This document shows, in pieces, positions 47,480 to 59,124 of a stretch of 64,000 bases of DNA; position 1 is the first letter of the stretch; each line of letters starts with the position of its first letter. The DNA is from Selaginella moellendorffii (taxonomy: Eukaryota; Plantae; Lycopodiophyta). Where the stretch lies: contig NW_003314387.1 in the NCBI RefSeq assembly GCF_000143415.4, forward strand, positions 1-64,000, written 5' to 3'. The translations under genes were made by a program, and so were the position numbers. The notes under the pieces are model-generated. The model did no database searches. It was not told where the DNA came from and saw nothing but the letters and a program-made list of their open reading frames with translations.

Positions 47480-50400
47480 TGTAAGGAACCGACTCCCCGA
47501 GATGTCGTAGGCTAAAGGATCCCCAAAAGCTTGACCAAAATGACAAAGAGTTCATCGGATGGGACCAAGTCAAGGATCGAGTCCAAGACCGACTCTAGGA
47601 CCGAGTTCGAGATAGGGTCCGGAATCGAGTCCAAGACCGACTCGGGGACCGAGTTCGAGTCCGAGTTTGAGACCGAGTTCGAGACGGAGTCCGAGATCCG
47701 AAATCGGGTCCGAGACCGAGTCCGAGGTCGAGTCCGAGGTCGGATCCGAGATCGGGTCCGAGATCGAGTCCGAGATCGAGTCCGAAACCAAATCCGAAGT
47801 CGGATCCGAAATCGGGTCCGAGATCGAGCCAGAGACTAAGTCCAAATACTAATACGGGTCAAGGGGTGAAAGCCCAAAGCGTGCGTCTCCCAGGGGGGGG
47901 GGGCTGCAGGGGGTTCCAAAAGTATAGTAGGGATAGTGATGTCCAGGAACCAGTTTTGAGGGGACTCTCCAGTTGGGCTTCCAAACCGACTTGAGGTTGG
48001 GACTGGGACCGAGGGGCCTTGGGTGGGAGTGAGCATGGACTTGGCTGGTGCCGGAGGGGCCATCTAAGGAAGTGCTCAAGAGCAGCTCCCACTCCCGAAA
48101 GGGAAACCGACTGCGGTGCTCCCGGCTCAGATGGAGTGGTGCCCCACTTGAGTACCTCGTGGCTCATTGGTCCTCGCCCTTCCGGGGGCTTGGGCCTTCC
48201 CTTCGGGATGGAAGAGGGGGGGTAGAGGTACCCATACCGGGCCGTTAGGCCACGGTGTTTCGCCCCGACATCCCGAAGCAAGTGCTGCACCCAAGACTTG
48301 GGATTTAGAGGGTCCCATGATCAAGTCTTGTGGTACCAAGGGGTGTTAGGAATCTGGAGGCTTGGTGTGCTTGGCTGCTTGTGCCTGCGGGGAGTGTAGC
48401 CGAACCTTAAGTCCAGTCTAACCCGGGGAGGGGGATTGGGAGAGATTTGGGAATCCGTAGATGGATGGCTAACACTCCGTTGCTCGTGCAGTGAGTAGTT
48501 GAAACCAAGTAGGACCAAGTAGGAGCTGGTACCATAGGCGAGAACCTTGGTGAGGGAACTTAGCACAAGCCAAGGCAGAGTTGGTCGGATAGACGAGGTA
48601 AGCTGGCAAATTGGAAAGGAAAAATTTGTGGCTTACAATTTGGTATCGGAGCCTCTTTCTCAGTTCTAGCGAAGGATAGAGGCGGATTGCTGGGAGATGG
48701 CAAGGGCAGGACGTAAGCGAACCCAGGCAGAGACGGAACCTCCTCCAGAGCTGGAGCCTCCGGTCGAACAGGAGGCAATGGATGAGGAATCCTTGCATGA
48801 GGAGGACTCCAGTGAGGCAACTTCCAAACAGGAGTCTGGTGGTGAGGTTCGGTCATCCAAGGCTCGATTGGATGTTCTAGAAGGACAATTGGCACAGACC
48901 AATGCCTTGCTAGAGACTCTCGTACGCAAGCTAAAGCGTGACGAGAAGCGGAAGAAAAAGCGAAAGACTGCGGATGCTGGTAGCGTAGAAGGTGCGGACC
49001 CTTCGGCAGGGACTGAGGCAAAACCAGATAAGGTCGAACAGACCGAAGTGGAATCAGTCCCTCAGGCAGTTCCCAAGTACAAACCAAAGCCCCCACCGGT
49101 CTTCAAGGGAGTGAACGACTATAAGGTGGTGGAGGATTGGTTTTACGATATGGAGGACTACTTTCGAGCGTTGCAATTACCAAGCTCGGAGAAGGTCCCA
49201 TGTGCAAAACCATACTTGGCAGATAATGCCAAGTCTTGGTGGAGAACGACAGAGGCCAACGAAGGACCGGTGGCCACTTGGGAAATGATGAAGGCGAGGA
49301 TCCGCGCAACTTACGTTCCTCCGAATGCTACTCTGCATCTAAGGGACGAGCTGAGTAGGCTAAAGCAGACTGGAACCATTCAGGAGTATGTGAATGGGTT
49401 TATGGCAAAGAGGATACTTGTCACGGACATGGGGGATATGGATGCGTTCCATGCCTTTATATCAGGTTTGCAAACCTGGGCTCGCGGCGAAGTAATGCGG
49501 TGGAACCCGACCAACTACAAAGAAGAGTTGGATGCGGCCATCAAGGTGCATTTCAACGATAACCTACGAAAGGGGAACACGACGGGGTCGGGATCCACGT
49601 TTAGCAAAGGGGCCAAACCAAGGGGAACTTTTAGCAGAGGGAAATTCAAGAAGAGTTTCTCTAAGAATGAGTCCTCGGGGTTCCGGAAAGGCAGATCCAG
49701 TGGCCAGCGAGCGAGTACGTGGGGGAGTCAGGCGAAAAGAGATAAACCCACGGATAAGAAGGTCAAGTCATATAGCAGCGTGGGAAACAACGTATGCTAC
49801 AACTGCGGTGAAGCGGGACACTTCTCGAGGGAATGTCCCTACCCGAAGAAGGCCAGAGCCAATATGGCCATCAAGTCGGGCGAAGTCCAAAATGAGGTAT
49901 GTGATCCAGTCCCTAACTCAAAGTTACTCATTACACGAGCAACTTTGGTAGAGAGTCGTTCGCGACATCTACTAGCCCTCCGAGGGAAGCTCGGAGGTAG
50001 CTTTGTTAAGATCCTTATTGACACGGGTGTTTTGGATAATTTTGTGGCTGCAGACATAGTCCGGCAAGCCGGACTAACGGTGCAGCGGCTAGGCGAACCA
50101 AGGACTATAGAGTTTGTTCAAGGTAGCCAAAGCACCGATGAGGTACTTCGACAAGCGAGAGTCGAAGTGGGGACTTGGAAGGTGGACATGGATTTCACCG
50201 TGTTGGACATGGCGGGATTTGACGTGATCTTCGGAATGGACTGGTTCAATCGATTCGTGGTAGCCCTGCATGGACAAGGTAGAAACCTTGTGGTACTGGC
50301 GAATGCCCAAGGAAGAAGATCTAGGGTGGAGGCCCAAGATCTAAAGGTAGGGCAAAGCAAGGCCAAAGATTCCTGCTTAAACCTGGTGTCCACGAGAGGA

Positions 50401-53400
50401 CAACTCACTAAAGGAACTAAGGCGGCCTTTTTGTGCTTACTCTCGGTGAAGAGTGACAGAAAGACAGGAATGGAAGAAGTACCTTTAGTGATCCAGCGGG
50501 TGTTGGACCAATTCCAGGATACCATGCCGGAGGAGCTACCGGCGGGGCTACCCCCAGCACGACCGATAGAACATAAGATTGAGCTAGTTGAGGGTGCTGA
50601 GGCAGTGGTTCGTCCCCCTTATCGTTTGAACGAAAAAGAACTCAAGGAGCTCAAGTGCCAACTAGAGGAGTTGGTGGACAAAGGGTATGTTAGGTTGAGC
50701 AAGTCGCCGTATGGGGCGCCGGTGTTATTTGTGAAAAAGAAAGATGGATCTATGCGCATGTGCATAGACTACCGGTTGCTCAACAAGTATACAAAGAAGA
50801 ACAAGTACCCTTTGCCAAGGATTGAGGACATATTCGATAGGTTGGGAAAGGCAAAATACTTCTCGAGGATTGACCTAAGGTCAGGATACTACCAGATCAG
50901 GGTAGCCGAGGAAGATGTCGAGAAGACAACCTGTCGAACGAGGTATGGAAGCTTTGAGTTTCTGGTGATGCCCTTTGGGCTGTGCAATGCACCGGCAACG
51001 TTTTCGGCGTTGATGAACCATATCTTTGTACCCTATCTGGATCACTTCGTGGTCGTCTATATCGACGACATCCTGATCTATAGCGAGACGCTAGAGGAGC
51101 ATGCCGAACACTTGGCGAAGGTGTTTGAGAAACTAAGGGAACACAAGCTGTATGCTAAAGAGAGCAAATGTGACTTTGCTCAACAAGAGGTAAAGTTTCT
51201 CGGGCATGTGGTGGGCCAGGACGGGCTCAAGGTGGACCCGGAGAAGGTCCAAGCAATCCAGGAATGGGAGCGACCAGCCAATGTACATGAGTTGAGGGCA
51301 TTCCTGGGGCTATGCAACTACTATCGAAAGTTTATCAGACACTATTCGAGAGTAGCCCTGCCCTTAACGGACCAAACAGGAAAAGGGAAGATGGTGTGGA
51401 CAGCGGAATGCGAGGCGGCATTCGTCCACCTCAAAGGGAAGTTGAGGAAGGCTCCCGTATTGGCATTACCAGACTTTGGTAAGGACTTTGAGGTAGAAAC
51501 GGATGCTTTGGACTTTGCGTTGGGCGCAGTTTTGAAGCAAGACAACCATCCGGTAGCGTTCTTCTCGAAGAAGCTGGACAAGGCTCAACGGAAGTGGCCT
51601 GCCCACGAGAAGGAATTGTTTGCGGTGGTCAAGGCGCTCAAGGAGTGGCGACACTACCTTGGGAGACACTTCAAGGTTTACACGGACAATGTGGCAACGA
51701 AACACTTCTTGTCACAGCCCGACCTAAGAGGGAAACAAGGTCGGTGGGCTAATGCCTTGGCCGAGTTTGATTGCGAAATTCTGTACAAGCCTGGGAAGAG
51801 CAACATCATGGCGGATGCGCTAAGTCGAAAAGCGAGCTTGAGGTTGGCAATATCCAGCGCAACAGCAACCTTCTGGGACGATGTGCGGACAGCATATGAG
51901 AACGATGGTCTAGCACAAGAAGTGTTGCTGAGGAATCTAGAGGCGCGGGAAGCTCACCAGAGAGGTGAGCTGCCAACGGAAGAGAAAACGGGCTATGCGG
52001 AACGCAACGGACTCATTTATTACAAGCAAACGAGGGTGTATGTTCCAGAAGGGGAACTAAGGAAGGTGGCCTTAGAAGAGTGTCATGACGGACCTCTTGC
52101 GAGACACAGTGGAGTGCCCAAGACGATGGACTTACTCAAAAGGAAGTACCATTGGCCAAATATGGCTAAGGACGTCCAAGACTATGTAAAGACATGTCCA
52201 ACATGTCAGCAGGTAAAAGCCGTGACTAAGGCTAGTGGGGGCTTGTTGCAAAGCATCCCAATTCCAGATCACCCGTGGAAATGTCTTACGATGGACTTCA
52301 TCACGGGACTCCCTCCAAGCGAGGGGTTTGATGCGATATTCGTGGTGGTGGACCGATTTTCGAAAATGGCACACTTCATACCCACCACAACGGAGGTGGA
52401 TGCGGAAGGTGTGGCAAAGCTGTTCTTCGAACAAGTGGTTCGAGTGCGGGGAAGACCGGAAGAGATCATCTCCGATCGAGATAAGATCTTCACCAGTAGG
52501 TTCTGGAGGACTCTCCTGGAACAGTATCGCACCAAATTGAAATTCAGCACAGCCTATCACCCACAGACAGGTATGGGGTATTGAGTCAAGTTGTGGGAAC
52601 TAACACTTCTTGACAGACGGACAAACGGAAAGGGTGAATAGGCAGCTGGAGGATTATTTGCGATGCTATGTCTCGGGAGACCAGACCGATTGGGTAAGTC
52701 ATTTGGGACTTGCGGAGATGTGTTATAACAACTCACCACATTCGAGTATCGGGGTGAGTCCATGGGAAGTCATCAATGGGCGAGCTATTGAAGGTCCTGT
52801 GGAACTCGGCGTGGCCGAGTATCATGGAGAGTTGCCCGCAGTGGAGGCATTCACGGCGGAAAGACTCAGCATTTGGAACCTAGTGAGGGATTCCTTGGAA
52901 CAGGCTCAACAAAGGCAAACCAAATACGCGAACCAGAAGCGTCGGGATGTAGAGTTCCAAGCTGGGGAGAAGGTGTGGCTGAACACCAAGAACCTCAGAC
53001 TACCAAGTGGGATCAGCCGAAAGTTGACCCAAAGGTAAAGATGCATGTATTCCTGTAAATGAATTGATCTTGAGTTCCTTAAGCAGGTTCGCGGGGCCTT
53101 ACGAGATTGAGGCACGAATCGGTAAAGTGGCTTACCGACTCCGACTTCCTCGAGAGATGGGGAAGATGCACCTAGTGTTCCACGTGAACTTACTCAAGCC
53201 GTACTTTGAGGATCCGCTTCGCAAGGACCAAGTGAGACCTTTACCTGAGGTTATCCAAGGGGAAGAGGAATACGAAGTCGAGGCCATCCTCAATGCGCGC
53301 AAGAGCAAGCGACAAGGACGCGAGGTGAGAGAGTTCCATGTGAAGTGGAGAGGATTTCCACACTGCGAAGCAACATGGGAACCGGAGGAGAACCTAGCGA

Positions 53401-55028
53401 ACGCTCGAGATCTAGTGGAGGAATTTCTGCAAGGCAGAACTCTATGTACTTATGCAAAATTCAATTAAAAATATCAATTTGCAAAGTTGAGCAAGTGGCA
53501 TATGTTGGGACCCGAAGGCGCGCCAAAGGTAAGCTAATTAGCATGGGTTGGATAGGTCGACCAGGCGTAGGGCACTACGCCCGACTCCCTGCGGGGATGT
53601 CGAATCCGTAGACGTATTCTACGGAGGTTGGGTTCGAGTCCCAACCCCCTAGTAGAGCAAGGCTGGGTTCAAGTCCCGACCCCATACTAGGGCGTGGTGA
53701 GGTGAGGAGTATAGGGACACCTATATTCCGTTGTCATGGGCTCTTGGCCGGGGAGGCTAACTTAGGCACACCGCTAAGTGGGGGGATGCCCCTGGAGACA
53801 TGGTCAACAAGTCGTAGGATAAAACAAGACGTTCGATGTGGGCATCGAACTTCTTCTATGGGTGGTGGAGTTGTAAGGAACCGACTCCCCGAGATGTCGT
53901 AGGCTAAAGGATCCCCAAAAGCTTGACCAAAATGACAAAGAGTTCATCGGATGGGACCAAGTCAAGGATCGAGTCCAAGACCGACTCTAGGACCGAGTTC
54001 GAGATAGGGTCCGGAATCGAGTCCAAGACCGACTCGGGGACCGAGTTCGAGTCCGAGTTCGAGACCAAGTTCGAGACGGAGTCCGAGATCCGAAATCGGG
54101 TCCGAGACCGAGTCCGAGGTCGAGTCCGAGGTCGGATCCGAGATCGGGTCCGAGATCGAGTCCGAGATCGAGTCCGAAACCAAATCCGAAGTCGGATCCG
54201 AAATCGGGTCCGAGATCGAGCCAGAGACTAAGTCCAAATACTAATACGGGTCAAGGGGTGAAAGCCCAAAGCGTGCGTCTCCCAGGGGGGGGGGGCTGCC
54301 GGGGGTTCCCAAAGTATAGTAGGGATAGTGATGTCCAGGAACCAGTTTTGAGGGGACTCTCCCGTTGGGCTTCCAAACCGACTTGAGGTTGGGACTGGGA
54401 CGAGGGGCCTTGGGTGGGAGTGAGCATGGACTTGGCTGGTGCCGGAGGGGCCATCCAAGGAAGTGCTCAAGAGCAGCTCCCACTCCCGAAAGGGAAACCG
54501 ACTGCGGTGCTCCCGGCTCAGGTGGAGTGGTGCCCCACTTGAGTACCTCGTGGCTCATTGGTCCTCGCCCTTCTGGGGGCTTGGGCCTTCCCTTCGGGAT
54601 GGAAGAGGGGGGGTAGAGGTACCCATACCGGGCCGTTAGGCCACGGTGTTTCGCCCCGACGTCCCGAAGCAAGTGCTGCACCCAAGACTTGGGATTTAGA
54701 GGGTCCCATGATCAAGTCTTGTGGTACCAAGGGGTGTTAAGAATCTGGAGGCTTGGTGTGCTTGGCTGCTTGTGCCTGCGGGGAGTGTAGCCGAACCTTA
54801 AGTCCAGTCTAACCCGGGGAGGGGGATTGGGAGAGATTTGGGAATCCGTAGATGGATGGCTAACACTCCGTTGCTCGTGTAGTGAGTAGCTGAAACCAAG
54901 TAGGACCAAGTAGGAGCTGGTACCATAGGCGAGAACCTTGGCGAGGGAACTTAGCACAAGCCAAGGCAAAGTTGGTCAGATAGACGAGGTAAGCTGGCAA
55001 ATTGGAAAGGAAAAATTTGTGGCTTACA
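47480..55028 (+). mobile_element. Family B full-length Ty3/Gypsy chromovirus; LTRs 47480-48637 and 53872-55028; TSD GGTTC
   Basis: TG...CA LTRs of 1158 and 1157 bp with roughly 15 differences by eye. TSD ggttc at 47475-47479 and 55029-55033. PBS TGGTATCGGAGC at 48641. PPT ATGGGTGGTGGAG before 53872. Confidence 0.97.
48697..53468 (+). CDS. Gag-Pol polyprotein (Gag, CCHC, PR, RT, RNase H, IN, chromodomain); join 48697-52570, 52617-53034, 53087-53468
   Basis: [14 protein letters not shown]; LIDTG; YIDD; RNase H; HHCC; MDF...SDRD...HPQTD|GQTER; KLTQR|FAGPY; chromodomain YEVEAIL...VKWRGF...ATWEPEENL. Two GT-AG intervening segments of 46 and 52 nt. Confidence 0.9.
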
Positions 55029-58000
55029 GGTTCCTGCATAAGCGTGAAAGTCCTTGACCATCGACTTTCGTTCAAAGCCCCCTCTTTGAACACTCGGGAA
55101 CTACTTCCGTAACCTTGATAGCCTTGCCTCATGGCAAGCTTCAAGACCACGCTTCTGCTGCGCCACTCTGATTTCGCGCATTCCATGAACCATTTACACT
55201 TGGCCTTTCTAGGTACTAAGCTACCTAGAATCGTCTTTGGTAACCTTGAAGGAACTCTGTCCCTCAGCTTGCTAAGGCCTCCTTTTTTGCAAGCCTTCCA
55301 AATGCCACATAGTCTAACATGGACAATTCCATATTTTAGACTCTCCATGGCATCACGGTTGCTAGCGGCAACACCCTCGAGCCCCCACTTGATTCTCCAC
55401 TCCCAGCTGGCATAACCAACCTTGGTTATGCCCTTTGATTCCTACGGTTCGGTTCTATCCCCTTACTTCTTGCTTTTTGGCTTCACACCTTTCCTTTGGT
55501 CATTCTCCTCCAGACCAGGAGGATAGCTTTGCACTTTCTATCATGCTTTAGCAAGTATTTTTAGGGATGAACCTACCCAATAGCCTAGGGAGTGGTTCCT
55601 CAATCCGGGTATGCTCACCTTATAATCCCACACACTGGGATTACATTATTGCTTATGGGCCTTTACATGCCCATCACTAGCCTTGCCAAAATTCCATTTT
55701 TGGCTTTGTCCAACTCGGGTAGACAGTCCTCTCCTGTCTCCGCAACCTTGGACATTTGGATAGCACCTTCTATCCATCATTCGCTAGGGACTTAGTCCCT
55801 TGGGCTTGATCCATTGCCCTCGCGACATCAAACACCACCTTCTGGTGTTCTAGAGTGTTCGGGTGTCCCAATGATGGCTTTTTTGACAATGAGTATTTCC
55901 TTTTATGACATTGACCTACTATATCGCAACACAAGCAACTTATCCCCCGTAAGGGTATATCCAACTTCCTTATGCTATTAAGAAGTCTTGGGTAGCTACC
56001 TTCTACCCGTTTAACCAGTTATTTTGCACCTCTTGCTTGGTTGCCTCATAGTTGTCAAGTCCTACAACTCATTGCTTGGTGCTTTCACACCTCCATCATT
56101 ATCTGGGTCACCACACTCCAACTGCATGCTCTGCAGCTTAGGCTATGCTATTCCCATTTCCATTGGGATTCCTTTGGCAAGGGGTTCTCATGAACCCACC
56201 AACATAGCCTCAAGGTATCACACCTTGGCACATTTGGTGTCTCCACACCATCGGCTCCATGAGCCTACCTCTATGACATTTCCCCTTCGTGTCTAAGTCT
56301 TTGCCAAGACCAACACCGCTCTTTCTCATGCCAACCATCCGTTAGCACTGCACCATAGAGGTCACACACAACTTTATGTCAAAGTTGTTTTCTTCTGGGA
56401 ACACCTTTCCCATAATTTTAGCATGGCATATTTTGCCATCGATGAGATACCCTCTGTTCTCATCCTTGGATCCTATGATCCCCCCCCATCCTTTGTGGGG
56501 TACAACACACCTCAGTCCAAATGCTTCCATCAGTCCTTTTAGGACCATCCGTTGACTCTACTTGAGTCATCCAACAGTTTTGGACTTGGTTAATCCACAG
56601 ACCCGTAAGGTCCTACTTGTGAGGCACTAGCTCACTGGAATACACTTCTTGCATTCCTGTCTTACTCAAAAGGACTATTTTCACAAGTGTTACTCCGACA
56701 CTTGATTTTGTTCTCTGGGGGCAACCTTTGCCCCTTAGGATTACTTGTCCATGTGATGAGAACACCAACTCATCCACTTAATACACCCCCAACACCTAGG
56801 GTTGTTCCAGCATTTATTAGAGGTAGCCCCGGCTTCCTTTTCAAGGACTTGAGTCCTCTTCCGTATTTAACCTCCCACGGTCATTACTTCTGGTCTCACA
56901 TTCATGAGCACCAACCTCAACTATATGAGGAAAATCTTGTGACTCCTTTATTGCTTTGGAGTCTTTATCTTTCCCGTGATCCCAACTGTAGTTGTTTACC
57001 ACAACTACACTAGCCAGTTTGCTAAGTCAAACGCTCATCTGGATCACATCCCCAACTCTTTGAGGAAAACCATATACTGTTCCCAAGATCCCAAAGTCGT
57101 TCCCTTACTGGCCCCTTTTTTTTATCCACCACATCACGCCCAAGTTCATGCATGAACTCGAGTGGAGAGCCATGTCCTCTCGACGTGCTACTCCTCAAGG
57201 ATAGGACCACTCCTAGGACCTTCCGATGTCAATATCAATGGTGATATACTTGAGCGCCAATAAAAGTAGGACTAAGGAACAGCTCTGATACCAAGTTGTA
57301 AGAGACTAAATTTTCCATTCTACTTTAGTCACTTAACCACACCTCCGACCATTTGGAGGAGTCTCATTCACAACCTCCATTAGTCCAATTCAGGACTTGG
57401 GACTTGCTAGCCCCAAGAATGGCATCCATGCCACTCAACACTTGCACCTGGTCCAAGTGCTCCACGTGTCTGGTCCGAAGACCGACACCCAAAGGTACCA
57501 CTGACATCTCGGCCCGTTACGCTAAAGCCATGCCCATTCACCTTTGCTGCACTAGTGGTCCAATACCACTTGCATCACCATCCCGTCTCTCCAAGACTGG
57601 GCCATCTGTTCACGAGTGGTCATCCTAGATCCACTCCTTAGCATCCTTAGGATGCCCACCGACCTGGGGAATCGCCTTCCCCAAAGTCCCTTTGTCAGTT
57701 CCTACCAAGTCCCTTTCTGCCCCTGGCCGTGTTTACCAACACTGCCACTGGATCGAGGCCCACAGGCCCGACCACTAAGTCCCATGGTCCTCTGGGACTT
57801 CCTCACCACACGACTGTGTCCTTGGTCACTACCCCAGAGGACTGCTCCTCTTCCTTTCCACAGTCTAGGCTTTTGGGACAACATTTCGGAACACCGTGGC
57901 CTTACGCGAGCCACCTGGGTACTCTCCCCGCCTTTCGCCTTTAGGTGCTCTAGCCATGGGCTTAGAGCGAGGTTCCGTTGAGCCACACCTGGTATCCAAG

Positions 58001-58418
58001 TAGGTAGTGCCACCCACACTTGGACTGGGAGCATCGGCCAGTCGATCTCCCGGGGGAACTAGAGCCGGCTCTTGAACACTTCACGAAGCTACCCCGCTTG
58101 TCGGTCCGTATTCACTCTAGTCTTGGACTTCCCAGTGGTCAGTTCATCACCCAACACTGGGTTTGGCCTTCTTGGGCCAAACTGGCCTTTCCTGGCCAAA
58201 CTGGCTCCACTGCAGTCCTCCCCCTTACTATACTTTTGGAGCTCACCAAACCCCCTAGGGTCTGGGAGACGAACGCTTTGGGCTTTCACCCTCTCAAGCT
58301 CCGGACTCGGACTCGGACTCGGACTCGGACTCGGACTCGGACTCAGACTCGGATTCGAACTCGGACTCGGGCTCGGGCTCGGTCTCGGCCTCGGCCTCGG
58401 TCTCGGTCTCGGTCCCGA

Positions 58419-58462
<44 letters not shown>

Positions 58463-59124
58463 CCGGTCTCGGTCTTGACTTCGGACTCCATCTCGGACTC
58501 CATCTCGGACTCCATCTCGGACTCCATCTCGGACTCCATCTCGGGTCCATCTCGGGTCCATCTCGGACTCCATCTCGGACTCCATTTCGGGTCCATCTCG
58601 GGTCCACCTCGGACTCCATCTCGGACTCCATCTCGGGTCCATCTCGGACTCCACTTCGGACTCCAACTCGGGTCCATCTCGGGTCCACCTCGGACTCCAC
58701 TTCGGACTCCATCTCGGGTCCATCTCGGGTCCACCTCGGACTCCACTTCGGACTCCATCTCGGACTCCACTTCGGACTCCAACTCGGGTCCATCTCGGAC
58801 TCCACTTCGGACTCCAACTCGAGTCCATCTCGGACACTCCCACGTGTCATGTGTTGGTCCTTTTGGGTCCCTTTTTGGAGCCTCGCTTTTTGCTCGCTTC
58901 GTGCTCGTTCCTCGAGCACTTCTTTGGGAGTTCCACTCCCGCTCTTGACTTTTCAAGTCGGAGCTTTTGGTCCAAACGTGTTATGCTCGTTTGGCTCTCG
59001 CTTCAGCCACTACCATGTGGCACCCTTTCTAGCTCCACTTTGGGGCCTAGGGATTTTGTGTCTCACACTCCAATACCAAATTGTAAACAATTAAATTTTC
59101 CATTCTATTTAGTCACTTAACCAT

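Larger units (their letters stand above)
43545..59067 (-). mobile_element. Family A youngest copy A1, LARD-like non-autonomous LTR element; TSD CTCCA; hosts element B
   Basis: TG...CA LTRs at 43545-45689 and 57297-59067. TSD ctcca at 43540-43544 and 59068-59072. PBS TGGTATCAGAGC (57282-57293, tRNA-iMet). PPT at 45690-45705. About 4 kb internal region with no long ORF. Confidence 0.92.

Noticed and set aside
52584-53064. Treating element B as a simple frameshifted pseudogene
   Set aside because: Both breaks are GT-AG bounded, intron-sized and restore conserved motifs exactly. It remains the fallback explanation if other copies lack them.
53445-53495. Possible further intron after the chromodomain (AT-rich gtactt...aaag)
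   Set aside because: Splice signals are weak and no conserved motif is restored to test it against.
53626-53681. GGTTCGAGTCCC motifs as tRNA genes (also 47149-47195)
   Set aside because: Only T-arm hairpins are present, with no D-arm, anticodon arm or acceptor stem. Reported instead as a retroelement RNA module.
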